Shown here: piece after piece, positions 26,273 through 35,909 of the stretch | Layout of the letters: each line of letters opens with the position of its first letter | Position numbering within the stretch: position 1 is the first letter of the stretch | Virus record (IMG/VR): IMGVR_UViG_3300036833_000473 | Location: 1-61,383 of that record | Length of the DNA: 61,383 bases | DNA from: a virus | Lineage: Duplodnaviria > Caudoviricetes | Direction: 5' to 3' (one strand) | The notes under the pieces: model-generated | Told to the model about the DNA's origin: nothing | What the model saw: only the letters and a program-made list of their open reading frames with translations | Databases searched by the model: none | Program-made: the position numbers and the translations under genes

Positions 26273-26751
26273 CTGCCAGATTTATGGTTTGATTCTTGAT
26301 AGTAATCGGAAGATAGGTCCACTATTCTCCAGGGTGATTTCTATGGATTTGACCCGGTCGTCATTTTCTCCCAGTTTGGTCACGAAAGCGGCCGACCAGC
26401 GTGCCCTGCAATATCTTAAAAGCAGGCTGGGTGATCGCGAAACTCCTCTTGGCCGCAGCGGCCTGATCCGCATGCTGTTGGATATTTGCAGCCCTGAGGA
26501 ACTCATTGCCGAGGTTCTGGCTTGCGCCATGTCTGGTACCGTAGCTGCGCCTGCGGTGGCGCGTGCCGGTCCCTATCATTGAGGGGATTGGGATGCTCGA
26601 TGCAAATTTCGTGGAAGGGCGTGTTTCTGTTGAGCCCGTTGCTCGCCGTGCGCTTCTCGCGAGCGGCTGTGCGCCGCGGCCTGAAGTTCGCCATACGTTT
26701 TTCCCAAAAATCCTTTAATCGGGTGCCTGATCAGCTATAATTCCGTGCAAG

Positions 26752-26907
26752 ATGCTTAGTACGCCGCGGCGCGCCGCCAAGGTGCGCCAGACGATGCACG
26801 AATTCAAAGCGGGAACCTTGCACAGCGGTTCTAAAAAGGGCCCGGTGGTGCGCAACCGCAAGCAGGCCGTAGCCATCGCATTGAGCTCTGCGCGGAGGGG
26901 GAAATAG
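26752..26907 (+). CDS. DUF6496-like small basic protein (not in ORF track)
   Basis: MHEFKAGTLHSGSKKGPVVRNRKQAVAIALS; TATAAT at 26736-26741. Confidence 0.75.
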   Translation: MLSTPRRAAKVRQTMHEFKAGTLHSGSKKGPVVRNRKQAVAIALSSARRGK

Positions 26908-27603
26908 ATGGCTGCTCCCCCTCCCGTCTGGCCCACTTTCGACACGGTTGAAATCGCTCAAGAAGCATCGGAACGCGCCGGAATTGAATTCCGTTCCGGC
27001 TATAGTTTGCGCACTGCCCGTCGTGCGTTGGAGCTTTTGTCGATTTCCTGGGCCAACCGCGGCCTGAACCTGTGGAGCATCGACGGGCCGACTGCGGTCA
27101 ATCTCACAGTCGGCCAACCTCAGTACCCGATCCCGAGCGACACCGTGGACCTGATCGAGCACCTGATCCGCACCACCACTTCCGGCGCCGATTCCGACCT
27201 GCCCTTGAGCCGGGTCACTCTGGACGAATACGCGGCCATCCCCAACAAGCTGGCTCAGGGCCGCCCCTCGCTGATCCAGATCCAGCGCCTGATCAATCCG
27301 TACCTTAACCTCTGGCAGGTGCCGCCGGACAGCACTTCCTATCAGCTGGTCTACTGGCGGCTGCGCCGCTTGGCGCCGCTGGGAGCGGGCGGCACCGGCG
27401 TGCCCGATATCCCCTGGCGCTTCGTGCCGGCCATCATCGCCGGCGTGGCCTATCAGATGGCGCTCAAGAGCACCGACCCCAATGCCGTGCCGCGCATTCA
27501 GATGCTGCACGATGCCTACGAGGAAGAGTTCCAGCTGGCGAGTGATGAGGACCGTGACCGCAGTAGTTTCAGGTTCGTCCCTGGAGGTTACCCCTTCCTA
27601 TGA
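26908..27603 (+). CDS. Head-tail adaptor-like virion protein
   Basis: TARRALELL..WANRGLNLW, DIPWRF, EDRDR motifs. Confidence 0.7.
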   Translation: MAAPPPVWPTFDTVEIAQEASERAGIEFRSGYSLRTARRALELLSISWANRGLNLWSIDGPTAVNLTVGQPQYPIPSDTVDLIEHLIRTTTSGADSDLPLSRVTLDEYAAIPNKLAQGRPSLIQIQRLINPYLNLWQVPPDSTSYQLVYWRLRRLAPLGAGGTGVPDIPWRFVPAIIAGVAYQMALKSTDPNAVPRIQMLHDAYEEEFQLASDEDRDRSSFRFVPGGYPFL

Positions 27604-28007
27604 GCCGCGGCAATAAATTTGCGCAGGGAAAATTTTCTTGGGGTATATGTGATATTTGCGGTATACGGACCCGTTACTCTGAATTACGCGGGACCACGGT
27701 ACGCGGACGACGCACGGGGTTATTGGCCTGCAGAACGGATTGGGACCCCGACCACCCCCAAAACTTTCTCGACCGCTACGTCACCACCGATGCGCAGGCC
27801 TTGCGCAACGCGCGCCCCGACACCGGCCTCGCGGCCTCGCGCGTCATGTACCCGCCGGGCAACTGGACCAACGGCCGGCCCCCCGCCTGGGAGACGCTGT
27901 CGCCGGCAGAGCAACAGAGGTTCCTGGACTTTTACCAGGTGGCTTATCGCAGATGGGTAGACCGGCGTGACGACCTCACCCCGGATTTGGGAGGAGAAAC
28001 GCAATGA
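27600..28007 (+). CDS. Conserved Zn-binding phage protein
   Basis: GICDICG...WDPDHPQ...DAQALRNARPD. Confidence 0.7.
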   Translation: MSRGNKFAQGKFSWGICDICGIRTRYSELRGTTVRGRRTGLLACRTDWDPDHPQNFLDRYVTTDAQALRNARPDTGLAASRVMYPPGNWTNGRPPAWETLSPAEQQRFLDFYQVAYRRWVDRRDDLTPDLGGETQ

Positions 28008-29305
28008 TGTTACGCGGCAGACCGCGCACGCGGCATTTCCAGGGCGGAGGGGCGACCGGCGGGATTCCCGGCGGGCTCACTCCGCAACAGCAGATGGCGG
28101 CGCTGGGACAGGGCATGCCGGCGCCCACGCCAGTAAGCATGGGCCCGCCGCCTGGGGGAGCTTCATTGGGCGCTCTGCCTCCTGGCGCAGGGATGCCGCC
28201 CGGCGGAGGGATACCGCCTGGATTGATGGGCGGCGCCCCGCCCGTGATGTCGCCCGGCGGCGCCGGCCTGCCGCCCATGATGCCTCCCGGCATGGGCCCG
28301 GGAAGCCCTCCGCCCATACCGCCGGCGGCTACCGCGCCGATGGCACCGGGTGCGGGGGCTCTCGGCCGCCTTGGCATGCCGGGCGGTATGCCCGGACGCG
28401 GCCTGAACCCGGCCATGATCCAGCAGATGGCGCGGATGCGCGGCATGCAGGGCGCGCCCGGCGGGGGCGGAATGCTGCCGCAGGCGGCCGCGCCGGTCAT
28501 ACCCGCCGCGCCGGTGCCGGCGCCCCCGGCGGGCAACGCCGCGCTGATGGGCGGCATTCCCGCCATGGCCCGGGGCGGCCGCGTGCGGCGCGACGACGGG
28601 GATGCCGACGACATGCCCGTGACCAAGAAGGCCAAAGGCGGCGTGCTGCGCCGCCGGCCGCCGAAGCCGCCGAAGATGAAGAAGGCTGTCGCTACGGCGC
28701 CCCCGGTGCCGGACGAGCTCGATGATACGGCTCCGGCCACGGCTCCGGCCGCAGCTCCGCCGGCACCTCCTTCGCCAGTGCCGGCCATGCCTCTGCGGCG
28801 CGGCGGCAAGTTCATCCAGGAAGCCATCAAGAAGCCCGGTGCCCTGCGCAAATCGCTGGACGTCAAGAAGGGCGAGAAGATTCCGGAGAAGAAGCTCGCG
28901 AGCGCGGCGCACGCGCCGGGCAAGCTCGGCAAGCGGGCGCGCTTTGCGGAGTTCCTGGACAAGGTGCGCCCCGGCAAGAAGGCCAAGGGCGGCGCGTGCG
29001 ACGACAAAGACAAGATGGGCAAGGGAGGCGAGTGCAAGAAGATGGCCGCCGGCGGAGCCGCCAAGGACCGCCGCGGTTTTCCCAACGTGATCAAGCCGCC
29101 CGCGCCTAAAATCGCTGCCGCCAAAGGCGGCAAGCGGGCGGCCGAGCCGGGTTCTCCGCGGACCGGCGGGGATCCCGGCAAGGCCGGAGCGCGCAAGGGC
29201 ATCGCCCGCAAGGGCGCGCGCTTCATCGGAACGTTTGCCGAAGGAGGCAAGGTCAGGGGCTGCGGAGCTGCCGAGAAGGGGTGCAAGTTCTCCGGCATCT
29301 ATTGA
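28004..29305 (+). CDS. Low-complexity P/G/A/K-rich internal head protein
   Basis: IQEAIKKPGALRKSL..GKRAR module; many xxGG motifs. Confidence 0.7.
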   Translation: MMLRGRPRTRHFQGGGATGGIPGGLTPQQQMAALGQGMPAPTPVSMGPPPGGASLGALPPGAGMPPGGGIPPGLMGGAPPVMSPGGAGLPPMMPPGMGPGSPPPIPPAATAPMAPGAGALGRLGMPGGMPGRGLNPAMIQQMARMRGMQGAPGGGGMLPQAAAPVIPAAPVPAPPAGNAALMGGIPAMARGGRVRRDDGDADDMPVTKKAKGGVLRRRPPKPPKMKKAVATAPPVPDELDDTAPATAPAAAPPAPPSPVPAMPLRRGGKFIQEAIKKPGALRKSLDVKKGEKIPEKKLASAAHAPGKLGKRARFAEFLDKVRPGKKAKGGACDDKDKMGKGGECKKMAAGGAAKDRRGFPNVIKPPAPKIAAAKGGKRAAEPGSPRTGGDPGKAGARKGIARKGARFIGTFAEGGKVRGCGAAEKGCKFSGIY

Positions 29306-29313
29306 GGACTCTG

Positions 29314-29943
29314 ATGACGTACGTCGAGCTGCGCGCGGCGATCCAGGAGTACAGCGAGGACTACGAGGCGAGCTTCGTGAACAACATCGATACGTTCATC
29401 CGGCTCGCCGAAAGCCGCATCCTGCTGCGCGTCAGGCTGCCGCGCTTCCGCAAGGACGCCACCGGCGCCGCCATCGCCTCCCAGGCGCAGCTGCCGGTGC
29501 CGAGCGACTTCCTGGCGCCGGACTCGGTGATCGTAGTCAACGGCACGAGCCTGGTGCCCCTGATCAACAAAGACCCGGAGTTCCTGGCCGAGTGCTACCC
29601 GGACTCGAGCGTCACGGCCATCCCGCGGTTCTATTCGCAGCTCAACGAGCTGACGCTCCTGCTCGGGCCGGCGCCGGACCAGAGCTACCCGTTGCGGCTC
29701 GGCTATTTCTACCAGCCGCCTTCGATCGTGGACGCGGGCGTCAGCTGGCTGGGCGACCACTTCGGCCACTCGCTATTGACCGGCAGCTTAGTCGAGGCCG
29801 GCACTTACATGAAGACCGAAGACGCGCTCTGGCAAAGGTACTTCACCCAGTTCGAGGCGGACCTAAAGATGGACCTCGAATATGCTAAAGGCCGCACTGC
29901 CAAAGATCTCTACCAGGATCCGGACACGAGGTTGAAAGTATGA
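29314..29943 (+). CDS. Head-tail adaptor / tail tubular A-like protein
   Basis: MTYVEL..AIQEY, FIRLAESRI, LGPAPD, SWLG. Confidence 0.72.
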   Translation: MTYVELRAAIQEYSEDYEASFVNNIDTFIRLAESRILLRVRLPRFRKDATGAAIASQAQLPVPSDFLAPDSVIVVNGTSLVPLINKDPEFLAECYPDSSVTAIPRFYSQLNELTLLLGPAPDQSYPLRLGYFYQPPSIVDAGVSWLGDHFGHSLLTGSLVEAGTYMKTEDALWQRYFTQFEADLKMDLEYAKGRTAKDLYQDPDTRLKV

Positions 29944-30359
29944 TCTCCGGCTCCACGCTCTGCACCAGCTTCAAGCGCGAGCTGCTGACGGGAGTGCATG
30001 ATTTCCTGACGCAGACCTTCCGCCTCGCGCTCTACGGGGAAACCGCAAGCCTGGACGCCACCACTACGGTCTACGTTCCCGGCGGGGAAATCAGCGGCCC
30101 GGGCTACACCGCCGGGGGCCAGATCCTGACCAGTCCCCAGGTGCTGCAGGTGGCGAACGTAGGCTATGCCACCTTTGCCGACGCCATCTGGCCGAACGCG
30201 AGCCTCACGGCTTTCGGCGCCCTGCTGTACAACGACACGATGCAGCAGCGTGCCGTCGGGGTGCTCAACTTTGGCGGGCCGCGGGCCAGCAACAGCGGGA
30301 ACTTCCGCGTCATGTTTCCGCCGCCCGGCCCGGGGACGGCACTGGTGCGTATCGCATGA
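29940..30359 (+). CDS. Tail-associated protein
   Basis: CTSFKRELL.GVHDF..FRLALY, GYTAGG. Confidence 0.7.
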   Translation: MISGSTLCTSFKRELLTGVHDFLTQTFRLALYGETASLDATTTVYVPGGEISGPGYTAGGQILTSPQVLQVANVGYATFADAIWPNASLTAFGALLYNDTMQQRAVGVLNFGGPRASNSGNFRVMFPPPGPGTALVRIA

Positions 30360-30517
30360 GCCCGCCCGGCAACATCAGCGTCATCGCCCAGGTCGCCTTC
30401 CCGCCGCTGACCGGGGCCATCGGCGGGGTGACGGTCGAGTCGCTGTGGCAGGAGCCGGTACGGATCGAGCCGCGCTGGCGCGCCACACCGCGGCCGGTCC
30501 GCGGAGTCTGGAGGTAG
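30356..30517 (+). CDS. 53-aa hypothetical protein
   Basis: Fills the gap with ATGA coupling. Confidence 0.45.
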   Translation: MSPPGNISVIAQVAFPPLTGAIGGVTVESLWQEPVRIEPRWRATPRPVRGVWR

Positions 30518-30518
30518 T

Positions 30519-31973
30519 ATGTCGTCGCCGACGTTTACTCCGAACTTAGGTTTGATCCTGTTACCCACGGGCAGCCAGGCCGGCACCTGGGGCACCACCA
30601 CCAACGGGACCATCGGCTTTATCGATACGGCCACGGACGGCAGCCTCTCGGTGGCGCTCTCGGCCTCCAACAGCTTCACGCTGACCACCAACCAGAACGC
30701 GGCATCTAATGGCCATAACAAAGTTGTGGAGTTTACCGGCACGATCACGGCCGACGTCAGCATCAACATCGCGCCGGTCACGGCGCAGAAGCTGTACTTC
30801 ATCCAGAACCACACCATCGGCGGCTTCAACCTGATCGTGCAGCAGGGCTCCGGGCCGGTCTACCGGATCCAGGCCGGCCACTCGGCGATCGTCTACTGTA
30901 ACGGCGCCGGGGCCACCGCGGCGGTCTTCGGCGTCACGAGCGACCTGCAGGTGGACACGTTATTGGTCAGCACTTCGCTGATGGTGCAGGGCACGTTCAA
31001 CATCTCTGGCGCTTTGACGTCGTCGCAGCCGGCCACCTTCAGTGGCGGCGTGACCATCTCGCCCAGCCTGGCGGTCAATCTGGGCAGCGACGCGCCGTAT
31101 GACATGTACTACCGCAGTGCCGCCGGCAGCGTGGCGCGCCTGCCCAACGGCGGCGCGGGCCAGTTCTTACAAGCCACCGCCGCCGGTCCGCAGTGGGCCA
31201 CGGTGAACACGAGCATCGGCATCGGCACCCCGATCGTGAGCGGGGTGGGTTGGGGGCTGTTGTATGTGGACTCGGGCGCCACCTTGCGGCAGAGCCCCCA
31301 GTTCAATGTAGTTCCGGGCGTTGGAATGGGAGTCGGCTTCATGCCGACGCACACCCTGCATGTCGGCGGACTTCTCGCGGCGGAGTGCTGGATCGACGGC
31401 GCCGCAACCAGCGTGCGGCGCATGATCCTGGCCACTGCCAGTGTCGCGCGCGCGGCGCTCGGCCTGACCACCGACGCGGAGAGCGGCGGCAGCGCCGGCA
31501 GCAATCTCGCGATTCAAAGCTTCAACGACGCGGCGAGCATCGCCAACACGCACCTCGCTGGGTTCCGCGCCACCGGGCACACCACCATCGGTGCCTATGC
31601 GGACCTGGGCGGGGTTTTCAATGTGTATAACCAGCTGGCGCCAGCCACGCCGGCGGTGATCGTGCGCGGGATCAGCGGCCAGACCGGCGACCTGCAGCAA
31701 TGGCAGAATTCGGCCGGCGGTGTGGTGGCGCACATCGATGCCGGCGGCAATCACTATACTGCCGGCGGCTATTACACGTCGGGCGGCGTCGTCATCAACG
31801 CGTCCGGGCAATTCGTCAGCGGCGCGGGTATAGATATGCACGGCGCCGTGATTGTCTGCAGCGAGTATGCCATTTACGACACCAGCAACATCCGCCACGA
31901 CGGCTTCACCGGGCAGGTGCAGGTGGTGGGCGGCACGGCCAACTGCATCAACGGCATCATCGTGAGGAACTAA
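30519..31973 (+). CDS. Tail fibre-like protein
   Basis: GTWGTTTN start; G/S/T-rich beta repeats; DLQQWQNS. Confidence 0.75.
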   Translation: MSSPTFTPNLGLILLPTGSQAGTWGTTTNGTIGFIDTATDGSLSVALSASNSFTLTTNQNAASNGHNKVVEFTGTITADVSINIAPVTAQKLYFIQNHTIGGFNLIVQQGSGPVYRIQAGHSAIVYCNGAGATAAVFGVTSDLQVDTLLVSTSLMVQGTFNISGALTSSQPATFSGGVTISPSLAVNLGSDAPYDMYYRSAAGSVARLPNGGAGQFLQATAAGPQWATVNTSIGIGTPIVSGVGWGLLYVDSGATLRQSPQFNVVPGVGMGVGFMPTHTLHVGGLLAAECWIDGAATSVRRMILATASVARAALGLTTDAESGGSAGSNLAIQSFNDAASIANTHLAGFRATGHTTIGAYADLGGVFNVYNQLAPATPAVIVRGISGQTGDLQQWQNSAGGVVAHIDAGGNHYTAGGYYTSGGVVINASGQFVSGAGIDMHGAVIVCSEYAIYDTSNIRHDGFTGQVQVVGGTANCINGIIVRN

Positions 31974-31978
31974 AGCGC

Positions 31979-34900
31979 GTGACCACCATCTACGACAACA
32001 CGCTAACTTACGCCAACGGGCAGCCGGCCAACGGCAAGGTGGTGATCCGCTGGGACGCGTTCACTTTTGGCGGCGTCAGCATCGTCGGTGGCATGTTGGA
32101 CAGCGACATCGTCAACGGGCTGCTCGATGTTCAGCTGGCCGCCAACGTCGGCGCGAAGCCGGAGGGCAGCTACTACACGGCGAGTTATGAGTTAGAAAAC
32201 GGCGCGGTCTACGAAGAGGCCTGGGCCGTGCCGGCTCTGCCGCAGGTTACGCTGGGCCAGATCAAAATCGGCTGGCCGCCTACCCCGAGTTACTTCATCA
32301 ATCCCCTGCAGCTGACCAGCGCCGGCGCGCAGGGCGGCATGTTCCTGCAATGGAGCGGCACGGCCTGGTTCCCCGGCTACACGACTACGATCAATATCGA
32401 TCCGAACTACATCAAGATTGGCATCACCGGAACCCCCGACACCGACCTCACCGTCACCGGCAGCCCGGTGAAGCTGGGCGACGGGGTGCTGATCAATGTC
32501 CCCGACGCCGGCCCGACCTCGCGCGGCGTGGTGACTACGGGCGCTCAGACTTTCGCGGGGACAAAGACTTTTTCGGGTGTGGCCGTTACCGGCAGCTTTA
32601 CCTATACGGGGAGCGCGGCGAACTTCGTCTTCCCCGGGATTCAATTCCAGACCGCCTCGGCCACCGCCACCTATCCGGCCGTGAATTTCGTGGCCGGCCC
32701 CAACACGACGATCGTGGGCGCGACCAACCCCGCCAATAACCGGTTCGACATTCAATTCGGTTTTACCGGGATTCAGTTTCTCCAGAACGGCACCGTGATC
32801 GGCACCCAGCCGGGACTCAATCTCGTTGCCGGCGCCGGCATAGTAATCAATGGCGTGAACAACTCCGGCAGCGGCCGGGCGGACATCACCATCAGCTCGA
32901 CCAGCGTCGGCGCGGTGAGTTCCGTCTTCGGGCGGACCGGCGCAGTAGTGGCGGCCACGGGCGACTATACGGTCGCCCAGGTAACCGGCGCGGTGCCCAG
33001 CACGCGGCAGGTCCTCACGGGCTTGGGGTTGCAAGGCGGCGGAGCCCTGAGCGCGGATGTCACCCTATCCGTCCTGGGCGAGACGACCACTCAGCTCATC
33101 CGGGCGTCCCTCGCGGGTACGCTCGCCGGGACGCGGCCGCAGCTGAACTTCATCGCCGGCGCGGGGCAGACGATCAACGTCGCCGACAACCCCGGAGTGA
33201 ATCGTATCGATATTACGATCAGCTCGAGCGGCACCGGCCCTGCTACGAACAGCATCTATGCGGTCAACGGGGCAGCCATCGGCACCCGCCCCGAGCTCAA
33301 TCTGATCGCCGGAAGCGGCACGACCCTGGCGGGCGTGGATAACTCTGCCGGTAACCGGGTGGACGTCACCGTGACGGCGACGGCAGTCGGCGGCGTTACA
33401 TCGGTTTTTACCCGCACCGGAGCGGTGGTGGCGGCGATCGGCGACTATACGGCGGCGCAGGTCACCAACGCTGTCGATACCACGCAAGCCTACGCGAACC
33501 CGGCGTGGATCACGAGTTTCGCCTGGAGTAAGATCACTGGTGCACCGGCTACTGGCGTGAGCAGCGTATTCGGACGCAGCGGCGTGGTGGTGGCCGTGGC
33601 CGGAGACTACACGGCGGCGCAGGTCACCAACGCGGTTTCCACTGCCGGCAGTTACTCCGATCCCACTTGGCTCACTGCGCTTGGCTGGGGCAAGATCACC
33701 GGCGCGCCGGCGTTCCTCGTGGACCCCACAACCACCAAGGGCGATCTGATCGTACATGGAACGACGACGACACGCCTGCCCGTCGGCACCGACAATTGGC
33801 TGCTGGTCGCCGACAGCACGCAGGCCCTCGGCGTGAAGTGGGCGGCTTCAGCGGGCGGCTATTGGGTGGGCGGCAGCGGCGGGGCGATCTACTATAACGG
33901 TGGCAACGTCGGCATTGGGGCTGCTGCGCCCTATAGCCGCTTGCATGTGAGAAGCGGAGCCGCCGGTCCCGCTGCCGCCCTGAACGCAGACACTGTCGTT
34001 TTTGCGGAGAGTGCAACCAACGCTTACTATGAGATCTGCGCTGCAACCACCAAACAGGCGGGACTTGTAATCGGGAGCAATGGCCAAGTCAATACCTCAA
34101 ACATAATCGATATTTTCGACGGGGCAAATCACCAGCTTCAGATCGCTACCAACTTGGCTGGTTCATATCTGACCTTATTCACGGCGGGCCTTGAGCGCAT
34201 GCGCATCACGAGCGCGGGCAACGTCGGCATCGGGACGGCGAGCCCCACCGGCAGCGTTCATGCTGCGAGGGCAGATGGCTCATACCAATTTATATTGGAA
34301 CGCTCTGGTAGTACGGACCCCCATGTTTATGGGCTTGCGGTGGCCGGGACTGCTGGAAATCCCGCGCTGACCTTAAATGATATTACGGCGGGTGCAACTA
34401 GGTTGGTTATCACCTCGGCGGGCAACGTCGGCATCGGGATGGCGAGCCCACTGGCTCCGCTGCATGTTGTAAATCCAGGAGTAGCCGGAACTGAAGTGCA
34501 GCAGTGGGATGTGTTTTCTGGCGTTACCACTGTGCTTCGTTCCAATTCTGGGAGTGCTTGGCCGGAATTTGGCACGACAACCAATCATGGACTAAATTTT
34601 CTTACGAATGCGACGCTTCGCATGCAGATTACTAATGCCGGCAACGTCGGCATCGGGACGGCGAGCCCCAATCAGGCACTCCAGGTGGCGGGCAACGTCA
34701 ATATCAGTGGCCAGTATTTGATCAACGGTGTGCCGATTACCGGCACCGGCAACAGCAGCGTTGCTATAGCAAATATAAGTGGGACGTTGACATTAACTAC
34801 CGGCTGGCAGGCGATACCCGGTTGCACGATTACGGTTTCACGGGCAGGCCGTTATCTCGTGACGGGGAATGCTCAACTGTTTTTCACGGGCACAGGTAGT

Positions 34901-35110
34901 GCTTATCTAACCTGTGCAGTGAACGGTGGTGCCCAAACCGTCGCAGAAGTTTCTAATCCATATAACAATCAGTTATACACTTACATTCCTCAGTGCTGGG
35001 TATTCCAGCTGAATGCCAATGACGTATTGGCTTTATGGTCCTATAGCTCAGGGGCTTGTACTGTAACCAATAGCACGCAACTCTTGGCGCAATGGGTTTC
35101 CGTATCGTAG
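31979..35110 (+). CDS. Long tail fibre / receptor-binding protein
   Basis: 3x VSSVFGRTGAVVA..GDY, TTKGDL, 4x GNVGIG repeats; GTG start after GAGGA. Confidence 0.82.
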   Translation: MTTIYDNTLTYANGQPANGKVVIRWDAFTFGGVSIVGGMLDSDIVNGLLDVQLAANVGAKPEGSYYTASYELENGAVYEEAWAVPALPQVTLGQIKIGWPPTPSYFINPLQLTSAGAQGGMFLQWSGTAWFPGYTTTINIDPNYIKIGITGTPDTDLTVTGSPVKLGDGVLINVPDAGPTSRGVVTTGAQTFAGTKTFSGVAVTGSFTYTGSAANFVFPGIQFQTASATATYPAVNFVAGPNTTIVGATNPANNRFDIQFGFTGIQFLQNGTVIGTQPGLNLVAGAGIVINGVNNSGSGRADITISSTSVGAVSSVFGRTGAVVAATGDYTVAQVTGAVPSTRQVLTGLGLQGGGALSADVTLSVLGETTTQLIRASLAGTLAGTRPQLNFIAGAGQTINVADNPGVNRIDITISSSGTGPATNSIYAVNGAAIGTRPELNLIAGSGTTLAGVDNSAGNRVDVTVTATAVGGVTSVFTRTGAVVAAIGDYTAAQVTNAVDTTQAYANPAWITSFAWSKITGAPATGVSSVFGRSGVVVAVAGDYTAAQVTNAVSTAGSYSDPTWLTALGWGKITGAPAFLVDPTTTKGDLIVHGTTTTRLPVGTDNWLLVADSTQALGVKWAASAGGYWVGGSGGAIYYNGGNVGIGAAAPYSRLHVRSGAAGPAAALNADTVVFAESATNAYYEICAATTKQAGLVIGSNGQVNTSNIIDIFDGANHQLQIATNLAGSYLTLFTAGLERMRITSAGNVGIGTASPTGSVHAARADGSYQFILERSGSTDPHVYGLAVAGTAGNPALTLNDITAGATRLVITSAGNVGIGMASPLAPLHVVNPGVAGTEVQQWDVFSGVTTVLRSNSGSAWPEFGTTTNHGLNFLTNATLRMQITNAGNVGIGTASPNQALQVAGNVNISGQYLINGVPITGTGNSSVAIANISGTLTLTTGWQAIPGCTITVSRAGRYLVTGNAQLFFTGTGSAYLTCAVNGGAQTVAEVSNPYNNQLYTYIPQCWVFQLNANDVLALWSYSSGACTVTNSTQLLAQWVSVS

Positions 35111-35170
35111 GATGCGGTTCGGGAAACTGGAACGGACGTTCGAAGGTTTTCGAAGAAAGGATGAACTAAG

Positions 35171-35524
35171 ATGATGCCTCCTCCTATAATAAGTCCACGG
35201 GACAGTATCATACCTATCCCACCTGCTACCACATTAAGCCAGGAGCAGTCTGCCGCACTAATGTCCGACATGACATTTCGCGGTCGGATCAAAGTGGCCT
35301 GTTTGAAATACGCCGATAGCATTTCGATCTCAAGCGTTGCAGTGTCATCCCATACTGCAAGCGTGAAGTGGGCGTTTCGATGTTTTCAGATGCCGGATAC
35401 AGTTGCGGGGGAGGTGCAGTCGCCAACTGTCATGGATGATAAGGTGCAGGCGGCGGGTTCAGCCGTGACCGACCCGGACCTGCAGAGCGCGGTAGAGGCG
35501 ACTGTCGGCAAGATAATCTCGTGA
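35171..35524 (+). CDS. Hypothetical tail-fibre-associated protein
   Basis: RBS AAAGGA; position after fibre gene. Confidence 0.65.
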   Translation: MMPPPIISPRDSIIPIPPATTLSQEQSAALMSDMTFRGRIKVACLKYADSISISSVAVSSHTASVKWAFRCFQMPDTVAGEVQSPTVMDDKVQAAGSAVTDPDLQSAVEATVGKIIS

Positions 35525-35543
35525 TTTCTTAAAGGAGGAGTTT

Positions 35544-35909
35544 ATGGTTTTGTTTTTGGATCACTGGCAGCGGTTGAGCGTCATCGCCCTGCTGGGCGTG
35601 CAGCGCGCCACCGTGGCGGAAATGCGCACGTTCTGGCGATTGCAGGATCTACTAGCCCTCTCCGACGCGGAGAAGGAGGCCATCGACTACCGGGTGGTCG
35701 TTGAAAATAATCTGGAGCAGTTCCAGTGGAACCGGGCCAAGAGCCTGCCGGCCAAGCAATACGAAGTCAGTGAGGCCGAAGCGGCCCGCATAAGGCGCTG
35801 CCTGGAGGAATGGCCGCAGTTCTTCACCGCGGTCGATCGCCAGTGGCTGGAGCCGCTGCTCGAGCAGCTGGCCGACGTGAAGGCCCAGCCGGTGGCCGTA
35901 CAGCGATGA
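35544..35909 (+). CDS. Hypothetical protein
   Basis: RBS AGGAGG. Confidence 0.7.
   Translation: MVLFLDHWQRLSVIALLGVQRATVAEMRTFWRLQDLLALSDAEKEAIDYRVVVENNLEQFQWNRAKSLPAKQYEVSEAEAARIRRCLEEWPQFFTAVDRQWLEPLLEQLADVKAQPVAVQR

Noticed and set aside
26265-26296. Possible plus-strand degenerate repeat
   Set aside because: Weak stem, no GGC loop or GAC end
33900-35110. Diversity-generating retroelement
   Set aside because: No reverse transcriptase and no adenine-specific repeat pair seen
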